Source: Octopus bimaculoides (taxonomy: Eukaryota). From it: DNA of 34,334 bases. The stretch spans positions 93,331,721 through 93,366,054 of the forward strand of contig NC_068985.1 of the NCBI RefSeq assembly GCF_001194135.2, in the 5' to 3' direction. This document shows, in pieces, positions 1 through 10,800 of the stretch. The position numbers were made by a program, and so were the translations under genes. The notes beneath the pieces were generated by a model. The model was not told the DNA's origin, ran no database searches, and saw only the letters and a list, made by a program, of their open reading frames with translations. Within the stretch, counting starts at the first letter, position 1, and each line of letters begins with the position of its first letter.

Positions 1-107
1 ACACACACACACACACATATATATATATAAAACAAGTAATAAATGAGTATATGCATATATACGTACAAGTATGTGCATACACACACATATTGGAACACTG
101 AACTCAA

Positions 108-245
108 CACGTTGTTTTCATTCTCTCTGTTTATTTTCTCGTATTCCTTTCTGTCGAAGAGTGTAGGCTCGAAACGTAAAATACTTTTCCATTTTCTCGG
201 GCGTCAAACTAATACACTTTCATGTCGTTCCTTCACCTCTCTTCG
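108..245 (+). mobile_element. Penelope-like terminal-repeat fragment with degenerate hammerhead-like motif
   Basis: CTGTCGA-a-GAGtgtaggCTC-GAAAC-GTA at 151-178 resembles CUGANGA/stem II/GAAAC/NUH. Element boundaries are approximate. Confidence 0.4.
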
Positions 246-569
246 ATTCTGTGTGTGTATGTATGTATGTATCCGATCACTGAATACCGAAAGTCAGCTA
301 ATAAAATTCGCATGTGCAGCCAAGAGTACGTGGAGAACATTTCAGGAAACTGCAAACGGAATCATTTCCTTCTTTGGAATATAATTTTTGAAGGTCGAAC
401 GCTCGAGCACTGTGTATCCCTTTTAATTTTACCTCCCTCGACAATACAGTAAGTGATGCATTGAACATCTTTTGGAGCTCAGAAAACAAACAACAGAAGC
501 GTTGTGATTGTAAATATAGTTGTGTGAAAGAAACCCGAGGTCTTTGTAACGTGTTCTTTATCACAAAAC

Positions 570-790
570 AGTAATATATTTACCTATCGCTCTACTCGGC
601 CGCCATCAATACTCAGCAAAAAGAGTTCAGTTAGTTTCACCCCTGATCAGGAAATCCCCGATTTTTACTTCATGTTGCCCACAAATAACTTACAGCATAA
701 CCTCTCCTAAACTCTCTTCAGTTTCACACGTATGACTCATTACCCTCACCATTGGGTGAACCCTGTTTCCTTGAACGAAAAATCTGTTCT
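570..790 (-). mobile_element. possible decayed RTE-type LINE endonuclease fragment
   Basis: Stop-riddled minus-strand translation (GYAVSYLW..., SDR*IYY) weakly resembles the N-terminus of an APE endonuclease. Confidence 0.2.
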
Positions 791-862
791 TATATTATCA
801 GCTACCAATCTAAATAAGAGGAAACTTCGTAAATAATCGACTCCTTTATCACTTTCAATTAC

Positions 863-1118
863 TGTTATATCGCAATACTACACAGTGGCTGTGTGAGCTA
901 CGAAATCCTCGTCGCCACTGTTATATCGTACGTGCGGATGACCTCTACTCAACTCTCACTTCCGACGACTCCACTCTACTGAACTCGACGTCTAGTCTAC
1001 CGACGGCTCCATCTCGCTCTTCCGCTCTCGCGTTCTTCCACTCTGCTCGGCGCTTTTCGTTTAGCTATTTATACGTATTGGACTAGCATACTTATCGCTT
1101 GGGGGCGTCTACACAACA
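863..1118 (-). mobile_element. Internally deleted Ty3/gypsy-like LTR element (5' LTR + PBS + terminal stub of 3' LTR)
   Basis: LTR 919-1118 reads TGTTGT...ATAACA on minus and contains TATAAATA. It is followed directly by PBS-like GTGGCGACGAGGA (906-918). A second LTR end TGTTATATCG lies at 863-872. A 5-bp direct repeat ATTAC flanks the unit (858-862, 1119-1123). Confidence 0.75.
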
Positions 1119-1522
1119 ATTACCTTTCCTCTTCAAAGATTCTCAACATGGCTGAATTATCGTGCAAAACCAATGGAGTTCCAACTATTCTCCCATAGAT
1201 ACATTGTTTTATTCTCCTTACTATATTATTAAGACCTTCATTCCGTTACTGAGGTAGTTTCTATCCAAACCTATCACACATCAAATAATTATATTTTAAA
1301 AGTAAGAAATCGGATTAATTTTTATAGAGGAGGAGCTATACTAAAATGAATCGTCCTCGATGGAATAACAAACGGTAATTTATGAGAATATTTTCATGCA
1401 TTCTTCACAATTCTTTGACGTAAAATTCTCAAAGTAAGAAAGTCTTTCCAACATTCCTGTATATCAGGGCTGTTTACTATCTCTTTCATCAGTAAAGCTT
1501 TCAGGAAAAGGAGCAAACGCAT

Positions 1523-1531
1523 GCACACACA

Positions 1532-1596
<65 letters not shown>

Positions 1597-1835
1597 TAAA
1601 ACGCACACACATACCAACACACACACGTACACGTATTAATTGTTGTTTATGTTTTGTGACGTCCTGTGCGCACATATGCCTATGTATATACGTGGACATG
1701 AATGTACGTATACGTATGTATATATGCATATGTATATATATTATTTATATTTATTATATATACACGCACCAACATACACACGTACACACACACCAACACA
1801 CAAACGTACCCCCCACACACACCAACGCACACACA
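1523..1835. repeat. (CA)n and compound CA/TA microsatellite tract
   Basis: Directly visible; explains the ORFs at 1394-1877. Confidence 0.95.
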
Positions 1836-2063
1836 TGTGCGCCCGCTGTTAGACACTTAATTTCTCACATTTTGTAAAGAACAAATTTCAAAATTTTAAT
1901 AATTAAAGAAAACATGTTTGAAATATCTGTTGTTTTGCTGTAGAGAAATTTATTCAAGAAAATTAATAAGTAAATGTCGCCCTCTTTATAATTATACAAT
2001 CAATTCAATCGAACTATTTAGTGAAGCACACTTTCTTTAAGATTCACTACATTAACCCCTAAA

Positions 2064-2354
2064 GGCACGTGGCCTAGTGGCTAGAGTTCTTTAGATCGTG
2101 GGTTCGATTTGATTTTCGTACCGAACAACGATTTGTGTTTTGAGCAAAACGCTTAACTTGAAGTTGGTCTAGTCCACTTCACTATAAACGGGTAACCCAG
2201 CAACGGATCAGCCCACAGGTCAGGGGAAAATGTTGGTTTGCTCGCCCGGCCAGCGAGTTGGCATTACTCGAAACCTAAAGACGATACAAAGCGCATTGCT
2301 ATCAGCGATGTATAATAACATTCGCTAGTCTGGTCGATCACGTGATCACGCAAG
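2064..2354 (+). mobile_element. tRNA-headed SINE (same family as 18676-18976) with 13-bp TSD
   Basis: A-box-like TGGCCTAGTGG and B-box-like GGTTCGATT. The 3' part (aagcgcattg...gatgtataataacat...gtctggtcgat) matches 18676-18976. Flanked by ATTAACCC(C/T)TAAA at 2051-2063 and 2355-2367. Confidence 0.8.
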
Positions 2355-3647
2355 ATTAACCCTTAAACTACACCAGTGTATTTCAAGATGTCCAAACCTA
2401 AGATTTTTGGGGGTTAAGTATTTATAACGAAGTCAGAATACTTTTGGCTTCATATTGTCAGACTTCATGTGGCTCATTCCATTTATTAGTACATTACTAA
2501 TGAATAAGCTAGGTTTCATAGCCACAGGTCCAAGTTAATAACTAGTGACTTTGATTAATTACGTAATTAACTTTTAAATTTGAATAAAATTCAGTATAGT
2601 TTTAAGCATACAATTCAGTATAATCTCAAACACAATCACCTCCATAAACAAATTTTAATATAGTCTCAAACCGAACCTTGTGTTTCAAATAAAACACGTC
2701 ATTTTGCTTGCATCGGTGTTTCGTAGTAAAAGTATGTGTCACTCTTAATTTACAACGTAAGGCTTTACATGCAAGAATAATGTCCATTTGCCTGAAACAC
2801 TAAGGAAATGTGCAGATTTATAAAAAGCAGTCTCACACATAATAACAAGGAAAATTGATTATAAAAGCGTAAAAGGAAAAATTTTCGCTGTTGTTTCTCT
2901 TCAAGGCTTTCTTCTCTAATATACTGTCTTCTACAACACCTTACATTAAATTGCAGTCAAATTCCATCACATCCTGATGTTTCTAAAACGGAAATACGTC
3001 TGGAACTGTCATTCTAGATATACAAAAATATGGAATATTTTTATGGCTGGGAGGTTTATAGGCATAGGTATGCTCAAACGACGATGATCCGGCTCTAACA
3101 GATCATCATCAAGAACAAGAACAATCACAGCAACATAAGTAATAACAACAAAATCTCATCTTGCCCCAGTTCACAAAATCGATGGGCTGACGGATTTCCT
3201 TTCTTCTTTTTTTATTAATTGATCTGATTGCTGTGGTATCTGATTTGTTGATCAGGCTTAATCGTGAGTGACATTAACACTGACAGGTCTATTAAACGTA
3301 CTCCCCGTGCGCATGCGCGCGTTTGTGTGCGTGTGTGCATGTGTGTGTGAGTATGTGCGTGCAGTGGGATTGGTCATGAATTGTTTCCGAAACGCGTTGA
3401 ACAGCTTTCGTAGAACTGACCAATGCAGCAGAGTTCAAAGCACATGTATTCCTGCGTAGCACTCCGCTCGTCATTCTGAATAACTAATACCCTTTCTCTG
3501 TTACCAGGTTCTTCTATTCCAAGGCATCCTTACCCGTCCTACATTGGCGTTCTTGAGAACGCCGGTTCTTAGGACTACCTCCACACGAAAAGAGAGTGCT
3601 TTTAGCAATCGGTATTTTTGATATTCTCTTTAAGGTAGATCATTCAT

Positions 3648-3845
3648 TGTTATGTCTCAAGCTACTGCTATCCAGCACCTTCAGATGATCGTTACTCAAC
3701 CGCTACACAACTGCTACTCGACTGGCACTCAACTGCTACTCGACTGCTACTCAACTGCTACTCAACGCTCCTACCACGGCCAGACTACCTCTATTTATAT
3801 GTCTTGGGAGATCCTACTTCTTCGCCTGGGGGCGTCGACAAAACA
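3648..3845 (-). mobile_element. Solo LTR
   Basis: TG...CA termini (TGTTAT...AAAACA), 198 bp, 5-bp TSD TTCAT (3643-3647, 3846-3850). Shares tatttata and gggggcgtc-aca-aaca motifs with LTR 919-1118. Internal ~12-nt ctactc(a/g)actg tandem units. Confidence 0.8.
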
Positions 3846-4502
3846 TTCATCTGTATGTGTACGAGCAGTCTTGGGCATGATATTTTTGTTACCTTTGCAT
3901 CCAAGTTGCACCTATCTCTGTTCTCACCACCGAGGAAAACGGCCTCCCACTTGGGCTGACACAGATTGGTACCATTGCCGCCAAAAGTGCCAGTGTTAGA
4001 ATGCAAAAGACCAGAGCTGATACTGAAAAGGATCTCACCCGAGCCCTCAACCTTGCCAATCCATCACCCAGATTGGCTCTCTTTTTATCGGCCCTAAAAT
4101 CTTGGAAAGTAATGTTAACTTTGGTAGGATTTGAACCCCACTAAATGACTTCTATAGAGCTAGAGCTGTCGAACATAATCTCTTCTAGATCGGTGTAGAA
4201 CATGTACAGACTAGCAGCAATCTATAAAGTGTAAGTCTGAAGTCTTATGGAAAATGGTTGTCTCTGCTTAACAGAGCATGCACAAAAAAAACAAAAAAAA
4301 AAGAAATCAGATCAGTACAGAAGATGGCTGGATGTTTAACGTTTTACAGTTTGTTACAATGAGGCTTTCCACGACTCTTGTTTTCACTGCCTTACATCTC
4401 TATTGTCAAACGCTGTTAAAAACTTTGCGGAAATAAAATATCGTTGCCTTTGAGATCAATAAAACAATTGATTGTGTCTGGTATGAGAGTCATTGTATTT
4501 AG

Positions 4503-4826
4503 AGTGGCTTAGTGGTTACGGTGGTCGGCTCAAGCTTGTAATGTCGTGAGTTAGATACCTGGTGGCACGTTATGACCTTGAGCAAGACTTTTTATTTCAC
4601 GCTGCCCCTAATCCACTCAGCTGGCAAAAAAGAGATGTATCTGCAGTTCAAAGGGGCCAGCCTTGTCCCTTTCTGTGACACACTGAATCTCCCTGATAAC
4701 TACATTAAGAGTACGGATGTCTGCGGAGTGCTCAGCCACTTGCCCGTTAATTTGGCAAATGGCTGAGCACGCTATTTCGTTGATCGGACCAAGTGGCACA
4801 CTCGTCGTCGCAACCGACGGAGTGTC
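4503..4826 (+). mobile_element. tRNA-headed SINE with conserved central domain (family of 28401-28716)
   Basis: TGGCTTAGTGG head; ccttgagcaagac; aaggggccagccttgtc...gagtgctcagccacttgcccgttaatt; ends cgtcgtcgcaaccgacggagtg. Collinear with the reverse complement of 28401-28716. Confidence 0.85.
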
Positions 4827-5050
4827 AGTTTATGAGAGTTACGGCACTCAGAGTGACATACGTTGGAATAAATATCGCAAGTTATTCCATCCGACTCAGC
4901 CAATTCGCCGATATAAGGTCTCACGTATGAACAAATAAAAAAAAGTATTAAATATTTAATACATGAAAATACTCAACGTAGATTTTTTTCAATTAAGCAA
5001 TTAGAGAATCTCGTTACTTTTGATATATGTTCTAATATTAATTATAATCT

Positions 5051-5318
5051 TTTCTACACAAGGTACAAGGCCCGAAATTTGTGGAGAGGGAGCCAGTCGA
5101 TTAGATCGACCTCAGTACGCAACTGGTACTTAATTTATCAATCCCGAGAGGATGACAGAGACAGTCGACCTCGGCGGAATTCTGAGTTCAAATTCCGGCC
5201 AACTTTGCCTTTCATCCTTTCGGGGGTCGTTAAATTGAGCACCAGTTGCGTATTGGAGTCGATCTAATCGACTGGTCCCCTCCCCACAAATTACGGGCCT
5301 TGTGCCTAGAGTAGAAAA
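5051..5318. mobile_element. Head-to-head inverted pair of 5'-truncated SINEs (family of 32963-33102)
   Basis: 5051-5181 (minus copy) and 5182-5318 (plus copy) are diverged reverse complements, e.g. gtcgattagatcgac / gtcgatctaatcgac and acaaggcccgaaattt / aaattacgggccttgt. Confidence 0.85.
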
Positions 5319-5339
5319 TAATATTAACCGATATACTGC

Positions 5340-5412
5340 ATGTATGTTCAAGATCTCTTTGGAGAGCAATTTATTATATTGAGTATATTTATAACTGATA
5401 TGTATGCATGTA

Positions 5413-5450
<38 letters not shown>

Positions 5451-5614
5451 AATGTTTTCATACTTACAAACATATATACAGAAATGAATACACACACACA
5501 CAGACAGAGATAGACATGCATACATACATGGATACATACATGCACATATATATAGATACACATGTATACATACATATACATTATATGGAGGTATATATGT
5601 ATATTCATATATAT
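5340..5614. repeat. compound TA/CA/TACA microsatellite
   Basis: Directly visible. Confidence 0.9.
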
Positions 5615-5615
5615 C

Positions 5616-5828
5616 GGTTTCTAATTTTGGCACAAGGCCAGCAGTTTCGTTATAAGGGCTAAGTCGATTACACCACCCCGAGTTACCAACTGGTACTTAT
5701 TCTATCAACCCCTAAAGGATGAAAGGCAAAGGTGACCTCGGTCGCATTTGAACTCAAAAAGTAAGACCGGACAAAATGCCGCTGAGCGTTTTGTACGGTT
5801 TGCATACGGTTCTACCAGCTCACTGCCT
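5616..5828 (-). mobile_element. tRNA-headed SINE (family of 32963-33102), near full length, diverged
   Basis: gtcgattacac...aactggtacttatt...aaggatgaaaggcaaaggtgacctcgg...tttgaactca...ccagctcactgcc is the reverse complement of the family motif set. Confidence 0.8.
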
Positions 5829-5924
5829 TTTCATGTTCATTATAATAATAAAAAAAAACTTTACATTAATCTGAAGGATTATTCTATGCTTTTGTAGAGT
5901 ACAAATTTTCTATTTTTAAATAAC

Positions 5925-6029
5925 AATGTTGTTGACAGGGACTTCGAAGTTTCGGCCAGCTAAGCCATCGTCAGACTGACCGACGATGGCTTAACTGACC
6001 GAAACTTCGAAGTCACTCTTAACAACGTT
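5925..6029. repeat. ~105-bp imperfect palindrome
   Basis: 33-bp arms 5940-5972 and 5982-6014 with 2 mismatches; imperfect extension to 5925/6029. Confidence 0.95.
5934..5979 (-). ncRNA. Minimal type-I hammerhead ribozyme motif (Penelope-type)
   Basis: Minus strand: cagt-CTGACGA-t-GGC ttagctg GCC-GAAAC-ttcgaa-GTC-cctg. The conserved core is intact, with a GUC triplet and a palindromic stem III. Stem I has 3 pairs plus a mismatch at position 1.1. Confidence 0.6.
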
Positions 6030-6904
6030 CTTGCTTAGTAATAATAAATGTATGTATGGCGAGAGATAGATACACACGCTTACACGTATATATACATAGT
6101 TTCTCTGAATACATACACATGTATCTGCGTACAAATATATATAAATTTTTTTGTTAAGTTGTAACTGAAACTTGATTTTTATCTTTACCGATTAAAAAAA
6201 AAAAAAAGACTATATTGAAGGATAAACAGCATCCTCACCATCATCATCACCATGAACAACAATGACAGCAACAACAACAACATATATAACGATCAAAAAT
6301 ATAACAGCTACAAAATACAACGGCAAAAGTTTAAGAAAAATATATAAAAAAAAATATCGTCTAGTTTTCAAAGCGTATTCGGAAATATATCCGTGTTTCC
6401 CCATGTGTGCAATACTGCCACGTTCTAGAAACATCTTCCATCGAAATAAATAAATAAATTAGTGAATAGATAGCTAGCTAGCTAAGCTACATAAATATAT
6501 ACACACACACTCACACATATATATATAAATAATAAATAAATAAAAGTCGAAGTATAAAGTAATACAAACAAATACAGCAACTAGAGATCAACAAATAACT
6601 GAATCTCGTATGGAGTCTATGTGTAAATTAATACTAAATGATTCCAGGAAGGATAAACCAAAACAGGAATATTTTCTCTCCGACTTTCTCCGAGATAAAC
6701 ACATCCCTTGAGAATGTGCAATAGTATATTTCTGAAGACGTTTAGATATAATCGTAGTCTAGCAGTTACTTGCTTTATTTTCTACAAGATGGACGCAAAA
6801 ATGATATTTCCTCTCGTACAATCCATCATCCATCTTAATATTGATGAGTCGCTATATTTATCATGCAAGTCCTATGCACCACCTTTCAATCTTTCCGGAA
6901 ACAA

Positions 6905-6912
6905 TATTATTA

Positions 6913-6944
<32 letters not shown>

Positions 6945-6991
6945 GTTGTTGTTGTTGTTGTTGTTATCATCACCATCATTATTATTATTAT
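6905..6991. repeat. compound (TTA)n-(TTG)n-(TCA) trinucleotide microsatellite
   Basis: Directly visible. Confidence 0.95.
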
Positions 6992-7082
6992 CAAAATGGT
7001 TGTGGATTGTCAGGATCGTTCAAACGTCGAAAGGAAATGCTTGCGGTATTTCTTACAGTTTTTTTTTTTTTTTTTTTAACGT

Positions 7083-7227
7083 CTGAGTGTTTTTTAACGT
7101 TTACCCCGCAGTCGACTTTGCCTTTTCTGCTTTCTGATCGATGTAATAAATACCAGTTATGCTCTGAGGTTGATCTAATCGATTTACCCATTCCCTTGAA
7201 ATTGTTGGACTTATTCCAAAAATTTGA
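7083..7227 (+). mobile_element. diverged 3' fragment of SINE (family of 32963-33102)
   Basis: gtcgactttgccttt...taccagtt...gatctaatcgat motifs. Confidence 0.65.
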
Positions 7228-7230
7228 AAC

Positions 7231-7516
7231 TATTATTATTTTCCTTATTTTTTTTTTAATCAAGCTTTGTTGGAACTTCTGGAGTTTTGCATGCGTAGCG
7301 GGATTCCTGCCTGCAGCCTGCGGTACCATGCTATCTGTTCTCTTCAACTCTCTAAGAATTTCCTGAGTACCCTTTTGTAACAGTTTTTCTCGGTACTCTA
7401 TTCTGATTTCCTTTATATTCTTCTTAATGACTTCTGATACTGTCCCCAAGGACCTGATAATAATTTGCACCATCTTCACCTTCTACATTTTCCATAGCCG
7501 GGCTATTTCACGCTTG
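7231..7516 (-). mobile_element. R4/Dong-type non-LTR retrotransposon 3' end (restriction-like endonuclease C-terminus), decayed
   Basis: Translation KREIARLWKM*KVKMVQIIIRSLGTVSEVIKKNIKEIRIE...LLQKGTQEILR matches the recalled pattern EIARLW..VIPIVIGALGT..LQK..LGTARILR. A short (AAT)n tail follows. Confidence 0.75.
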
Positions 7517-7889
7517 ACACATAAAGCGCGACGGGCCAGGATCGTGGCCGTCAGGTACAGGTCGACAAGCCACGATCGTGACCCAGATAGAAGCACTTAA
7601 TTCATGGTCGTTTGTTGGGGTCTAATGTCACTCAAACGCTCCGATACCACCACCCCCACAGAATGCAAGAGGACTAATAGTCCAACTAATGACTTTTCAG
7701 ATGATGTAAAACTTGCCACCATTGTATACTAAGAAGATATTTTAACTATTTTTTTTTTGTTTTTTATGTGTGCATGTTAGTCTCATTTTCGTAAAATGTG
7801 CTCAGCTGTTCATGCTATGTAAGTGCAAATCTCAACGCTTTATGGGTTAAGAGCATTGTATTTATCTATTTTTCGTCCCCTTTCTTTAC

Positions 7890-7890
<1 letters not shown>

Positions 7891-7960
<70 letters not shown>

Positions 7961-8097
7961 GCTTTTGCACAACTTCTAACGCTGGAGATGTACTACGGTG
8001 CCAGCTGTTCACTACCAGTGAACTAAGGTAACACCCCTTATCTTTCGAGCACCTTCCGGAGTATTCGAGCGGTTCCAAGCAGTGCTGTTTTCTGCTC
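7891..8097 (-). mobile_element. R4/Dong-type non-LTR retrotransposon, heavily 5'-truncated, with (TAA)n tail
   Basis: 8041-8097 encodes EQKTALLGTARILRKVLER, stop at 8038-8040. An ~77-nt 3' UTR follows, then (TAA)n at 7891-7960. Confidence 0.85.
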
Positions 8098-8412
<315 letters not shown>

Positions 8413-8569
8413 TTGCTACTCCTTGTGTGGTTACTCTCGATAGTATTGCTTCCAAAATGATAACGCTCATTGTATTCATAAGATAAAAACAACAACAGAA
8501 CCAATATCGACCATAATAACAATAACAACAACATCCGGTAAGATTATGGAAACTTAATAAATAATACTG

Positions 8570-9113
8570 TGCGTGTATGTGTATGTGTGTGTGTGTGAGA
8601 GAGAGAGAGAGTATGCGCGTAGATTTAGCTATGTGTAAGTGCGTGTGTGTATATACAGTGGTTGTATGTGTCTGAGCGTATGTATGCCTGTGTATAAGTG
8701 TGTATGTGGATATGCGCTTGTGTGTGAGACAGTGCGTGTATGTGTGTGTGAGTGAGAGGGAGAAAGAGAAGGAGAGAGAGGGAGAGAGAGAAAGAGAGAG
8801 AGAGAAAGAGAGAGAGAAAGAGATAACGCTAGCAATTGATAAATAATTTTCAGTCTAAAATCAACTGCATTGTTAATATAATGATACCTTGTTACTGGGA
8901 TACTGATATCAAAAATACACAATATGTACACACGCACACACACAGAGCGCGCGCGCGCACACACACACACACACAAACACACACACAAGCACACACACAC
9001 AAACATATATATGTATGTGTATATACGTATATATATATACATATATATATATATATGTCTGCATGTATATGAAAGTATGTATATAGATGTGCATTTATAT
9101 ATATATATATACA

Positions 9114-9167
<54 letters not shown>

Positions 9168-9672
9168 CANNNNNNNNNNNNNNNNNNNNNNNNNNNNNNN
9201 NNNNNNNNNNNNNNNNNNNNNNNNNNNNNNNNNNNNNNNNNNNNNNNNNNNNNNNNNNNNNNNNNNNNNNNNNNNNNNNNNNNNNNNNNNNNNNNNNNNN
9301 NNNNNNNNNNNNNNNNNNNNNNNNNNNNNNNNNNNNNNNNNNNNNNNNNNNNNNNNNNNNNNNNNNNNNNNNNNNNNNNNNNNNNNNNNNNNNNNNNNNN
9401 NNNNNNNNNNNNNNNNNNNNNNNNNNNNNNNNNNNNNNNNNNNNNNNNNNNNNNNNNNNNNNNNNNNNNNNNNNNNNNNNNNNNNNNNNNNNNNNNNNNN
9501 NNNNNNNNNNNNNNNNNNNNNNNNNNNNNNNNNNNNNNNNNNTATGCATGTATGTATGTATGTATGTATGCATGCATGCATGCATGCATGTATGTATGTA
9601 TATGTATGTATGTATATGTATGTATGTATGTATTTATGTATGTATGTATGTATGTATGTATGTATGTATGTA
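8570..9672. repeat. compound TG/GA/CA/TA/(TATG)n microsatellites around N gap 9170-9542
   Basis: Directly visible. Confidence 0.9.
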
Positions 9673-10800
9673 GGTTTGTGTGTATGTATCACTATGTGTT
9701 AGTCGAGCTTTGTAGATAAAACATGAAATGTCAATGTAACACCAATTCCAGGCCTTGTTTTATAATGTTCCTCCTCTTCTCGAAGTTGTTACTTGCTAGT
9801 TGCTTGTTTAAACTATTGCAGCAGCTGCTGCTGTGGTTGTTATTGATGTTGTTGTTATTGTTGTAGCTGTTGTTAACTTTCATTGAGTTAACCTTCTCTG
9901 TTTACGGGATTAAAGTAATCGAACTATCAAACTTGGCTTCTGAAATCAGTTACATTAATGGTCTGTAAAAATCACATTAATGTCAAACTAGCTTCACCGG
10001 AGACCAACGCTAAACTCGTTTTGGCTTGTCGATAATCGTATTGTTTTCAGGCTAAATCTTTCCTTTATTGTAGCAGAACCTTCATTTGATATTGAAAAGA
10101 TAACTCTCCATGTTTATCACTCACAATATTTCTATTTTCTGCTTTCCTAAAAATAAATAAATTAGTATAATAAATGTTTGTATTGGGTTTATTTCCTACG
10201 AATTTGTTTCTTTACAGAGGTTATTGGAGACAAGAGGCTGAGCAACGAGTTTACGAACCATGTAACGCTAGTTTCAGTTTCTTATCTGTCCATTACTGAG
10301 ATTGACCATTCCTTCATTTGCATACGTATATGTAAATACCCATGAAGAAAGTCCCAACGGGCAGCACTTTTATCATATTAAAGTGCTAACCGATGTGTAG
10401 ATAGTTTGAATTACGCATAACAAATCACTTAACTGCAAGCGCTTCATTTCACCTAGTTTTAAGCACATGACATGGAATGAGATCTCCCCTTGGATGTCTA
10501 GAAAACAGATGTCTCACATCTTTAGTTTTAAAGCCTTCTTTTCAACTAGGATAAACCAGGGACAGCTCAACAGTTGACTGCGTGTATTGTTTTATTATTT
10601 TATCGACAGCGGGAATACTGAAAGCAATCTCCTTTTTAACGCATCGTTATGCTGAAACATATAAAGTGCAAAGGAAGATATACTGTTTGGGTTACAGTGA
10701 AGTTAAACAATTTAAATCGCCTTTTGTGTATTATACCAAATGTATTTACACTGCCAAAAGCAGGATGCCGTGATTTTTGTTTGAGAGAAAATCTCTTAAT

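Noticed and set aside
222-457. Plus ORF ending near a GTAAGT donor-like site
   Set aside because: No recognisable homology, the stop overlaps the donor, and there is no convincing upstream acceptor.
1250-1520. Possible hAT C-terminal dimerisation remnant on minus (LPFVIPSRTIHFS)
   Set aside because: Similarity too weak to call by eye.
3700-3770. Short regularly spaced repeats (ctactc(a/g)actg)
   Set aside because: Contiguous ~12-nt tandem units inside an LTR with no unique spacers; not a CRISPR array.
9740-10160. N-rich minus frame (MKVNNSYNNNN...) and acceptor-like sites
   Set aside because: Stops immediately upstream in all frames; explained by a degenerate (AAC)n repeat.
10608-10773. 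Acceptor-like site with a 55-codon open frame on plus
   Set aside because: No homology recognised; the length is within chance expectation.
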